Shown piece after piece: positions 1 through 11,000 of a stretch of 64,000 nucleotides of DNA. Source of the DNA: Amoebophrya sp. A120 (Eukaryota; Protista; Dinoflagellata); the NCBI GenBank assembly GCA_905178155.1, contig CAJINV010000011.1, forward strand, positions 72,154-136,153, in the 5' to 3' direction. The stretch's first letter is position 1. Every line of letters begins with the position of its first letter. Both the position numbers and the translations under genes were made by a program. Below the pieces are notes generated by a model that saw only the letters and a program-made list of their open reading frames with translations, did no database searches and was not told the DNA's origin.

Positions 1-734
1 TCATAAGGAGCGGCAGGAGTTTTCCGTGGGATAAAATTTGCAAAACTTCTCATCCCTGAAAGAGTCTGCTGCATCTGATGCTGAACTTCAAACAACCTTT
101 ATAGACATCAATGCCAGCGTAAGAATAAATATGTATTAACTTGATAAAATTATTGCCTGACGTCCTGCCATTATAGGCAAGCATTAGCGGAAAAATACAA
201 CCACGAAAAGTAAAAAACACGCTTTGCTCGAAAGCAAGGACTATTAAATCACTTGAGGATGCAACACGGGATTTTGTGCGGAAGGTCCTCTGTGATGTTG
301 TGGCCGCCCACCTAGCTGTAGTATTATGCACGTGTCCAGCTGGTTTCTTGCTCTTTGTACTGTGCCGCTTGGTACTAACTTGGAAGGCACATAAAAACGT
401 TCAGAGCTGCACGATGACCATGAGAAGGCTAAATCGGATCTACTTCTCAGTGCTCGTAAAAAATGGTTTGGTTTTTGCGCGACTTACCCCAGGGGGCGCG
501 TTGATGACGCACATAAATACACTTCAACACGATCGTCGAAATGAATGAAATTGCAAAGTCTAACTACATTCGACGCTTTTGCTTTTTTATTATCAAGATT
601 CTGCGTTCACACATCTACACACTTCGAAACCTAGTTCCCAGCAAGTGCACAACAGTTGTCTTGGAAACTTCTTCGTCAAAGTTCGCCGGCCACTTCGATT
701 GCAAGTCGGAGGTGAGTGTTGAGCGGTTCACAGA

Positions 735-3700
735 TCATGAATAGGTCTTGCGTAGGTGCGGTACCACGTCAGGGAAGACGTTCGGAGAAATCTCAATCAT
801 CGGTGCAGCAGCTGCGTCGGTGCTGTACTGGAAAGGAGAGAAAAGTAGTTCGCGGTTGCTGTACTTGCCGAGAGGCGGATCCTCATCTTCTTCTTTACCT
901 CCGCCACCACCACAGTCTCCGCACTGCCCCGCCGTCGAACAACCGGCATATTTGTCAACATCTTGCGCTTGAGTCGACATTTTCTGTTCCTGCGAAGATG
1001 TTGTCGCCGCGAAGAAAAGCATGTTCTGCACACGAACACCCGTAGATGATACGGCGTTTATTAATGCGTTGTAACACCCCAGCACTAAGTACGCGTCTAG
1101 TGCCGCGTAGCGCTGGTAAAGCTCGGGCAAAGGGCGTGGTAGAAAGGCCCAAGGACTGCACTCCAGTTGCCTGTTCAGCTGGAACCCTTTGTAAACAACT
1201 TCACACAGCTCGGTCATGGAGGTCCAGCACGACGCGGAGTGGTCCTCTTCCTTCGTGGTGGGTGTGAACATCTTCAAAGCGGGCTCTTCATTTGGTTGGG
1301 TGGAGGAAGCGAACTCGAGCTTTTGGGTGCTGGCACTGGGGACGCAAAATTTTTTTGCGTTTGTGCTGCAATCCGAGTAGTCCGATTCGGCATCACCTGG
1401 GTTGTAGTTCTGGGGCGCCGGGACGGTTTGCAAATTGATCAACTCCGCAAGGTATGGATTGCAAATACGTCTGGGTCTGGAAGATTGCAACTCGTCATGC
1501 TAAATCTGAAGCATGCAGAAAGAGAAATCTGTGTTGCATGAGTGCCAAAAGCTGTCCACTTTCGATCAAGTTGGAAGAAAATTTCTGCCGCAGGATGCTT
1601 AGGCATGGCAGAGAACAACTCACAGAGTCTGTCATGCTCGGTCCCGCATTTGAGACCTCATAGCTCATGAAAACCCTGCATGACAAGTTTACATTCTTCC
1701 AGGCATCCCGGGATTGTATTTGGATTTGATACAAGGTGGTAGGACTTGGATTTCTTCGTTTTGCGGCTCTTGTTCTCCAGTTCATCACCTGGTGTCAAAT
1801 TCCGTCGCAGACCACCTCCGACCGGGTTTATTTTTCCTGCTTCATCTCTACAACTCAATTCTACTTGTTCTTCAGCATCTCCACCATGATGATCATCCAC
1901 GGAAAGACCCAGCCTGGAAAACTCCTCCGTTCCGAAGGCCACAATTTTCTCGGCATACTTTTCCGAAATACTGCGCACCAAATCCAGGGCGTAGTTGCTG
2001 AAGGCGCGGTCGAGGCGGCGAGCCTGTTATGCATGTGGAAATATGTCTGGGTCTGGAAGATTTTAACTTGTGATGCTGTCTTCGGATTCGAAAAAAATCT
2101 GTATTGCATGACCAGCAAGGGGAGTTGTCCAGTTTTTTCTACACGAAAAGGGCATTTTTGACGCAGAATTGGCATCAAGCGAAGTCCTCTAAAAATCTGT
2201 GGCGCTAGGCCATGCGTTACAGGCATCACGGGTCATGCAAAATATGCATGACAAATCTGGCATCAATCTTCCAGACCCAGATTGATATTTGCAGTTGATA
2301 CCTGTTCTTTGTAATCAATTACTGTTTCGCCCGGCTCTTTCGCGGTCACATAACAGCTTCTCGTAAGGTACCGGGCCCTCAGTGGAACAAGGTCGATTAA
2401 AAACACCTTCTCGGCCACCGCAAGGAGGACCAAAGAGCCGGCGGGAAGATGGTGCTCGCAATCGTGTCTGTGGTCGTCGGGCGGGGGGGCAGAGGTTGTT
2501 GTACTTGCGCCCCCTTTACCGGAGGTCCTCGCAGCCTGAGAGGAGCAGGAACTACAAGGAGAAAAACCCACCTGTTCATTACTGCATTCGGAAAACTTCT
2601 GCCACTTACACTTCAGACCGAACGTGTAACGTTGACCTTCTTGCAGGTGCTTGTCCACGTCCTGCAGGCCAAACACCGGGATGACCGGGACTTCGGGCGG
2701 TAGTATCCAATGCAAATTTGTCTGGGTTTGGACGGATGCAACGTGTCATGCTGCATCTGCTTTCTCCAAAAACCTGTATTGCCGGAACAGCAAAAGAGGT
2801 CCAGTTTTGGCCACGGCGAGAGGGCATTTCTCATGCGGTATAGGCATTGGGAAGCCCACCTCACAGAATCTGTGATGCTAGGGCATGCATCACAGACATC
2901 AAAAGTCATGCAAAATGTGCATGACAAACCTTGCATCCTTCCAGACCCAGACATATTTGCATTTGGTAGGTAGTCGCAAAAACCTACTGGTCGCAGGCGG
3001 GAGTGGCCCTCGTCCCGGCCATTCGGCGCTCTGCGTTTCCAGAGGACCCACTTCCGCTGCTTCGGTACATGTAGTTGTACGGGTGGAACAAGATCTCGAG
3101 ATGAGAGGATGCGCGCAGCCGCAGTCTTCTTGTTCTTCGTCGGAAATAAATGAAGTGGTTGTACCGGAAAAACGTTGAAAAGTGCTTTCCAGCTGCTCTT
3201 GCTCGCCCGAGATGTTGCTCTGTAGCCCCGAGCTGGTCCTCTGTACTCCCCGCGACGGAAAGTGGTTGGTTCTGTGGCTGCAATTCCAATTCTTCTCTTC
3301 ACCATGCGAAGGCGCCAACTCTTGCTCTTCACGGGTGAGCGCCAATTCAGCGTCTGCAAACGCCTTCTGTAGTCTTTCGCGCTCTACTTGCAGGAAAAAT
3401 TCAGCTCCACCTGATTTTGACAATTGGTCTCTTTCGCACGATGTACGTGCACTGGGACGACTCGTGGTCCAACTAAATGATAAAACATGGATGATGGTCA
3501 GAACGGTATACTAGATTGTGATGTGAAGAAAGCGAGAAAGAAATGAATTTAGATTTACTCACCGTGACGTGAAAAGGAAAAAGCTTTCGCCTTCTGTCGT
3601 CTTTTCTGTTCTTTCAGGAAATATCAAATGCAACCATGTCTGGGTCTGGAAAAATACCACAGTATCTGCTCAAGCAGTTTTTCCAAGCTGTGAGGAAGTA

Positions 3701-5587
3701 GCTCCGTTATGCAACACAGATTCAGGTAGTACTTGCGTTAGCCGCAAACCACGCATAACAAGTTTATGCTTTTTTCCCGACTGCGACATTATGTTTGCAG
3801 AATGCATAGGAAAACCTGTTCCCGCAGTTGTTCGAAGTCGCAGAGAAACTCGTGGTATCCTGTGCAAAAGTATCGCACTCGTACAAATGCATTACAAATT
3901 TCCTCAGCATGAAAAATAAAATTTGTAATGCTGATTTACCTTGAAAAAAAGATTTGTAATGCATGATTGCAATACAAGTGCAATACTTTTGCACAGGATA
4001 AGTGGGAAAAAGTGTTGTACAAAAAGGCCTCGCTGAGTTCGTCGGCCGCGCACTGTCTGCGTAGTTCCTGATCAAGTTGATATTGGTTCGACGCAGCTCC
4101 GAGTAATAAATCCTCGTCATGATGAAGAAGATGTTGCTCTTCATCCAGCACCGTAACAAGTGCAACACCATGATCGCGTTCATCATTTCCCCGCGTCGCT
4201 CTTGTCGTAGAGGGAGCAACCGTGCGAGGACTACTACCAAGTGGACTGGTGGAACGAAATTCCGATTCATCATGCTCCTGCTCCGTTTCAACATCTTGCA
4301 TTAGACACAGCTGCTGCGCCGCTTGCTGAAGTTCCTCACGGACTAAATCCAAGAGCTCCAGTGCCCGCTTGGCCGGCAGACGCAAAACCGCCTCTTCCCA
4401 CGCGGTCGCCAGGTCAGACAGCAGAAACTGATCGTCTTGCGAGACCATCTGCGACAAAACGTGGGGAAGAGGGTAGATCTTGAGCATGACCAAGGCCACG
4501 GCGACACTCGCATTCCGGTCCACCGCTTCCGTCAACTGCTCGATCCAGTAAGCGTAGTCTACGTCGTTGCGTCGAATGATCGCGTCGATGATCGTGTACT
4601 CGTTTTTCAACCGGTTGTCGTGGTGCTTCTCCGCACTACCGCCCATAAATTCCTCCGCAAAGGGGCTTAGTGCTTGGTAGGCCTCGGCGAGCAAGGAAGC
4701 GTCCAATTTGCAGTCTTTCTCCTCGGGAATTTCGACCAACGCGTGCCGAATCCAGGAGACGCAGGTGGGAATTTCATTTTTTGCGTGTGATTTGCTGCAG
4801 TCTACTGGTGTGCTGTGGTGGTCGTGGTGGTGCGCCGGGTCGTCGTGGTGCAGTATTGTCTTTTGTCGGTCCTCGCACTGGAGGTGTGGTGCTGCTGGTG
4901 TGGTTTTTTCACGCTGGTGTGGACCAACGACGAAGCTTGTAGAATCTTCCCCGCTGATCATGCGAGTCGCAGTTTCGGCAAGCGGTGCGCTGCCGCGCGA
5001 CGTGCGAAGTTCTTTCGGTACTACAGTTTGTTCTGGCGTTCTTGCGACTACGTTGTTCTTCTCACCAGCAGCAGCCTGCTGTGGCGCATCAGCAGGAGCT
5101 ATAGCTGCGCCAGTTATTATTTCTTGTGTGAAAAAGATTCCAGTTTCACCGAAAAAAGAGAAAGAAGAAGAAGATTCGAAAATTTCAAATTTTTGAATTT
5201 GTAGTCGCGGTTGATCACGTGATTATTGTTTATTGTTTGTTCTACAGAAGTTCTTTCTCTTCTAATTTCAAAATAGTCTTAAGTACCTGTCGTGCCGGCG
5301 CTCTTGGTAACATTCTGCCGAAATTCGTGAAGCGCGTGGTACCAACGGACTCGTAAGGAGGAACTAGTAATCGTGTCGGAAAGACGAGGCTGCTTCGAAG
5401 TGGACGCTGAGCCCCCAGATAGCGCCTCCTCCTGCTCCTTCATTTCACTCTCACATGTTTGTTCACCTCCAACCGCCAATTGCCAAATTTGCCGCAGCCG
5501 AAAATTGCACTTTCCATGTGGCGTGGCCCTTTCGGCAAGAATTCTCGGGCAAATCATTGCGGGCCGTTTCTTGTTCGTTTTTACCAC
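735..5587 (-). CDS. Multi-exon hypothetical protein (5 introner introns plus 2 probable GT-AG introns at 3411-3562 and 5123-5286)
   Basis: ORFs 5279-5587, 3936-4961, 2899-3423, 2263-2715, 1658-1981 and 735-1490 join in frame after excision (SYHL|AELINL, DYKEQ|ARRLD, FLRLP|PEVP, FSH|EFLCD). No recognisable domain; 5' end uncertain. Confidence 0.65.
1453..1731. mobile_element. Introner, family A
   Basis: Left end TATGGATTGCAAATACGTCTGGGTCTGGAAG; right end ...TTTGGATTTGATA; direct repeat CAAGG/CAAGG; frame restored. Confidence 0.9.
2028..2300. mobile_element. Introner, family A (readable as GT-AG)
   Basis: Inverted repeats with GTCTGGGTCTGGAAG core; direct repeat CCTGT/CCTGT; frame restored. 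Confidence 0.9.
2704..2968. mobile_element. Introner, family A
   Basis: TATCCAATGCAAA...TTTGCATTTGGTA; direct repeat GGTAG/GGTAG; no GT-AG register possible. Confidence 0.9.
3622..3808. mobile_element. Introner, family A (short, degenerate right end)
   Basis: TATCAAATGCAACCATGTCTGGGTCTGG...TTTGCAGAATGCATA; direct repeat GGAAA/GGAAA. Confidence 0.8.
3856..4000. mobile_element. Introner, family B
   Basis: TATCCTGTGCAAAAGTATCGCAC...GTGCAATACTTTTGCACAGGATA; direct repeat CGTGG/AGTGG. Confidence 0.9.
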
Positions 5588-7534
5588 TGAAAAACTATTT
5601 CGTACTTGTACTTACTTTCTTTGTAAAAATCCACTCAAAAAGAAAAATGCTTACTTGTCACAATTAAAATGATTTGTTCTTCGTGCTTTATGTGTATTTT
5701 TCGACCTCAAGACTTACTGGCACTTTTGTATATTCATCTTGTTTTGGATAAGTTCCTCTTCTGATACACCGAGTTGATCCAAACGAAGTTGCTTTTGAGT
5801 ACTTGCTGCTTTGAATTTAAGTAACCGAGCTCTCTCTTTACTCTTTAGATGACAGAATAATCGATATTACAAACGCCCTTAGCTGCGGCCTCAGAAAAGG
5901 TCCATGCCCTGAAGGTTGTCTTTATCAAGAGATCTTAGATAAACAAGAGTGAGAAGGATAAAAGTACATGAGCGATGAAAATGGCTACTGTCGCATCGAA
6001 ATGAGATGTGAATACGTACTAGATTGTCGCTGTGGGTTTGGATGGTAAAGGACAACCGAGATTCAGACTATCTATCCAAATAAAGTTGGCTTTCTGGAGT
6101 ATGAGGACGACAGAAGTCGCGTTCATTGGTAAAGATGTAGTGCATGATACGTTTGCTGTGACGGATCCTCTTTTTCGTAGACGAAAGCACGCTGAGTGTA
6201 CTGTACGCATGACTGCAAACTCAGACCCGACAAAAAATCAGGTCACACGATTAACATGTCACTCCGAAATTAGGAATTTCCGCGGTACACTGTCAGAGAG
6301 CCAAGTTTTGTGATACACGAAGAAGAGAAAAGCAATCGCTTCGCAAATTGTGAGCATGTTTTTGCAGCGCAAAGTGGTCGATCAGATCTAGTGTGTCATG
6401 TGTCGTAAATCTACACAAGATCAATCTGTTGAACCACTTACGGAGGTTCTTTGTCATGCATTTTCGATAAGCTTGAACTTTTTGTTTTTCTGAGATGGAG
6501 TCTCTGCTGCTCCCATGTGGAAGTGGAACAAGAAAAGCATAACTTCTCGTTGCAAAGACAAGAACTCATGTTCGTGTCCTCCGACACAGGCTTCGAGATG
6601 AGCAACATTGTCAGAGAGAATACAGGAAAAGGTCTTGTATTGAGTAGAGCAATCAACTTCACGACTCGCCCGGCGTGGAGTACTTGCTGACACTGAACCT
6701 ATTCTAGAAGTGAATGCAACACAATCGATTCTCATGTATAGGACTTTTTCGACGCAAGATCGCTTTCTTTTTGGTCTGTGGTTTGTTGAAAATAATAGAG
6801 CGCAGGAACGCTGCCTGATCTTGCGAAGGTACTCACACGGCAAGACTGAGCGCGACCAAAGTCGCGGAGGGTCCGCCTTGCATCTGTCTAGTTGTCTTGT
6901 ATGTCCCTTCGCAGCTCTCGCAGATCAAGTGGCGCCGTCAAAGTTTCACTTTGTTCACCGCTTTTCACACTACCGCGAAAGCAGACCACTTCTTGGTAGC
7001 AGTGCGTTGCGAAACTCCGGCCACTGCTTCACCTACTATTTTCAATCGAATGTGCCTCCTGTGAAGGGAAAAACATATCGAAAAGAGTCTTCATGTGCGG
7101 AGAGCAGCAACATGTCCGACCTCAAGTGAATTTTTTCCGGTTGAAGTTCCTTTTTTCCGTTCCTACGTCAAAACGTTGCAGAATGTCCAGAACCACTTAG
7201 TCGATCTCCAATCTTGATTGATGTTGAACCTCTCGAAAGTCAAAAATAAAAAAGAACGAACTAAAAAAAACTACGCGCGGGCGCTAGCTCCTTTATTTGT
7301 CTTTGTTCAGTGGCATTCGAAACAGGGGCTTTGCTTGAAGTAGCGCTACAGGAAAAGGGTGTGTAAACGCGTTCCCACCTTCACGCACAAACACAAACAA
7401 ACAACAAAAAAATGATCGGTATGCCTGGTACTTCTTGTGAAGTAAAATAATTTCATACCCCTATCATCTGAAAAAATGAAAATCTATTTCTACGGAAAAA
7501 GTAAGTAGGTACGGTCTTGAAGAAGAGCAGCATA

Positions 7535-7667
7535 CAGTTCGAAATTCTTTCTCGGTGTGAAATTTTTGTGTGCTTATCAGTTCGAAATTTTTTCTCGGTG
7601 TGAATGTTTCGTGTGCTTATCGGTTCGAAATTCTTTCTCGGTGTGACATTTTCGTATGCTTATCAGT
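7535..7667. repeat. Intergenic tandem repeat, 43 bp x 3
   Basis: Unit CAGTTCGAAATTCTTTCTCGGTGTGAAATTTTTGTGTGCTTAT at 7535, 7578 and 7621, with a few substitutions and no spacers. Confidence 0.9.
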
Positions 7668-8062
7668 GGTAATCTCTAATGTGTTTTGTACGTCGTACGA
7701 CGAAAGGAAATAAATGTTGGAAATAATACAAGACTCTAAAGGGTGAGTTTTTTTATTGCTTGCGAAGTCTAAAGTTTCTACAAGAAGATGTCCTTTTTCC
7801 GTCTCTGTTGCTGGAGGTAGGACGAGCTTGGGAAAGCTATTGCTTTTTCAGCCTGAGGGAAAATAAAACGCTAAACGAAAGTTGAAAGTTCTACTGGTCC
7901 TGCCGTCTTACTGCGAAGTGCTTTATTCCCGTAGAGTTCCTTGCTCTTTCGTGGTACGATTACGAGAAACTATAGAGAAACTATAGAAGTTTTTCAACAT
8001 CGAGCACACTCATCTGCGACCCGAAATATCACAGAAGTAGCAACTTGTACATTTTTTCAAAG

Positions 8063-11000
8063 TCATTTTTGCCACGACCAAGCTGGTAGGTTTAAAATCG
8101 CCTCGTGCATGTTGCGCAATCCATCCAGCAGGTAGTCGCGTTGCATCTTTTCGCCTCGGTGCATCTCGAAGTGTTTCTGTGCCTCCTCGATGGTCTTGAA
8201 GTGCCCGTACCGGAGGAGATACGCGATCACAAAAAAACCAGTGCGGTTCACGCCATGTGTGCAGTGGATCGCGATCTTCTTGTCGGGATACCGTGTCACA
8301 TAGTCACGCAGATGAATTGCAAAAGTATCGCACTCGTAGTAATTGCAGTCACGCATAATTTTTACAAATCTTTTCCTTAAGGTAAATCCGCATACACAAA
8401 CTTTATTTTTCAAAATGAGCAAATTTGCAATGCATTTGTATGAGTGCGATACTTTTGCAATCCATAATGCATCCACCAGGTGACGTCGTCTACGTCTCCG
8501 AGCGTTGGCACTGGCTATGCTGAGGAAAAATCTCCCCCACACATCAAAAAGGCAATTTTTGATGCTGATAGTCTTGCGCACAAGGCAAACGGCACCCATG
8601 TGGCGCATTGCGCAGCCAGTCTGTCGCGTGCTTTCGCCTATATCAGACCTGTTTCACATGCGCAGCTGCTAGCCGGATGCGTACCAAAATGAGCTTCGAA
8701 TATGCCGGCAAGATCTTGATCTTGCTGCAAATACAATACAAATTTCATTTGTGCACACAAATCCAGCAACACAAATCGTCTTTTGAGAATGGGGTGGGGG
8801 CTTTTTTCACTTTGATACTTTCCGTCCTGCCACCTTCTTCTGCCACACATATATGGAGTCGAAGCCTTCCAGATCTTTTATTTCTTCCTCCCAAGAGCAG
8901 TACCTGCAGTAGAGTTTGTCCAAGTCGGATGAGTGGATACTTATCGCAACGGCGAAAGTCATAGCCTTGTTTTTCATCGTAGCTGACAACCTGCTCGAAA
9001 AAACGAGAAACGCAAATAAAGGAATAAAGGAGCACGAATAATAATACTTGTCTGTGTTCGTCAGGTTCACGATAAGCGAGACCTCGTTCGGCCGCTCCCT
9101 CAGGAAATCTGCGCAACCGAACCGCTCCGCTTCGGGAATAGCCCAGTCCCACTTCCAAGAGCAGGGAGTTTTGAGCGGTATGATTTTATCTATCACGGGG
9201 TCGCCAAACTTCGTGCACTCGAGCCACTTCTGCACCCATTCTGGTTTATTCCGCGTGCCGTAATTGGTATTGCCCTGATATCCATGTTGATTTTGATTTC
9301 CGCCCCCAGCCCACGACGTTCTCACCTCGTATGCATATGCAAATGTGCTGTCTGGGTCTGAAGGATTGCAACTCGTAGAGCTGGTGCGTTTGCAGCATTT
9401 AGACGCAATAAATCTGTCGTTCACAGTCAGAACAAAGCCTACGGTTTTCGTTTCCCGCAAAGTTAACCATTTCCCATGCAGGGTGTACATGGAGAGGCCT
9501 CTACTGCGGGTCTTGTCATGCTCTGCGTCCAAAAATTAAAATTCACACGGGCTTGCCCAGGTCCACAGAACACATGACAAGTGTCTGCAGTCTCCCAGAC
9601 CCAGACGAATCTACATTTGGTACCTCGTTTCCCCGTGCGGAAGATGCAGATGATTTCAACCGGTTTCCTTGCTGCGTGGACGTTCCTATCCTAAGTAAAA
9701 ACGTCCCCACCCTAGAGTTGTCATGCAGATTAGCAAGCACAGGAGCATTTGTGAATTGTGACGCGCATTCCCAAGAGAGGCAATTCCAGTCGTGCTCTGG
9801 AACTTGTAATGCTGTAAACAGGATGAGCAGATGGATTTGTTATGCGGATTCCCTTGCTAAACTGAATTACACTACAGCCTGCAACTTGTCATGCGCGAAC
9901 CACAAATCTTCCAGCTTTGTGTTGCAAAATCTCCATCTTGACTCTGCGGCGGGGACGTCTTTCCTGAGAATAGTTCCATGCTCCGCATTGTCGTGATAGT
10001 CGTTGCGAGCTTGCTGCTCCGTCGTTCCAGCAGCTGGTTGTTGATGTGTTACAATAGAATTGACGTGTGCCCAGCAACATAAAAAGCGGCGCAAATTATT
10101 CATCTGTTGTCAATAGTGTCTAGAGTATCACACTGAGGACGCATAATGTCCGCGGAACATTTCTGCAGAAAAAAGCTGCATAGTAGGCACCTTTTCCGTT
10201 CTTATTATCGACGTCTGCAGCCGCTGTAGGTGCCGGACGAGCGCGATTCAGCGCCTCGCTACCAGTCGCGCGCCCCCGGTCGGTGCCTTGCCTCCGGCTG
10301 CGGCTTCGATGAGAATCGCCGTGGAGGATTCTGTTCGCAGGCACTGGCGGAAAATTCCGGGTCCGGGGAACCTCTGGCGCAGAACGTGGAGCACCCGGCG
10401 CAGCTTTTGCCCCCGGGGCGGCTGCATTTGCCGATCCAGGTCGTTCTTGCTCAACTGCTCCATGGTTCTTGCCCGCGGTCGAAGATGACGCAGAACAAGA
10501 ATGCAGCACTCCCGGCGTCGTGCCCGCCGACGGGCCCGGTGGCTTTGATGCGCAGCTAGCAGGTTGATCAGGAGCTGCACTTCCCGCGCTGCCCGACGAA
10601 CCCGCGTGCGCCCCTTTTGTACATGGAATTGCATGACAGATAAAAAAGGTCAGGTTGCTTACGTTTTTCTTGTGTCTCTGCCACATTTTCTGGGCGGTGT
10701 GCATTCATAAGGATACCATTGTTATGCATCGTGTGTGCTGGAACTGAAAAATGAAAAGAATTCACCGTAAACGAAGTGAAAGTTGTAGTACCATTTTTTT
10801 CTCTCATACCCTCCTTCCCGGCCGTGGTTTTTGGCACAGCACTTGGCAGTTGACCTTTCCGCCCGTGGTTTTTGGCACAGCCCTTGGCAGTTGCAGCTTG
10901 TTCTTGTCCGCCCGCACGCAGTAATTCGCCACCGACCACTGCAGAAGAGCTGGTAGAAGTTGTACCTTGCACCGGCATATCAAATGCAAAAATGTCTGGG

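Noticed and set aside
1453-2968. Recurring GTCTGGGTCTGGAAG repeats as a CRISPR array
   Set aside because: They are inverted pairs 190-310 bp apart separated by coding exons, not direct repeats with short spacers, and no cas genes are present.
1454-3359. Small ORFs sharing 'CKYVWVWK', 'FQTQT' or 'MSGSGR' as a peptide family
   Set aside because: These are translations of the family A inverted repeat in different frames.
3622-3623. Terminal TA as a Tc1/mariner target duplication
   Set aside because: A separate 5-bp duplication lies outside the TA, and the empty sites in the clathrin repeat lack TA at the insertion point.
5978-5990. Partial dinoflagellate spliced-leader match (GTAGCCATTTT on the minus strand) upstream of the first gene
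   Set aside because: Only 11 of 22 nt match and the 3' GGCTCAAG is missing; compatible with chance.
5700-7200. Short ORFs on both strands
   Set aside because: No recognisable motifs and no consistent exon chain; an unrecognised gene cannot be excluded.
7535-7667. 43-bp repeat as a CRISPR array
   Set aside because: The units abut with no unique spacers.
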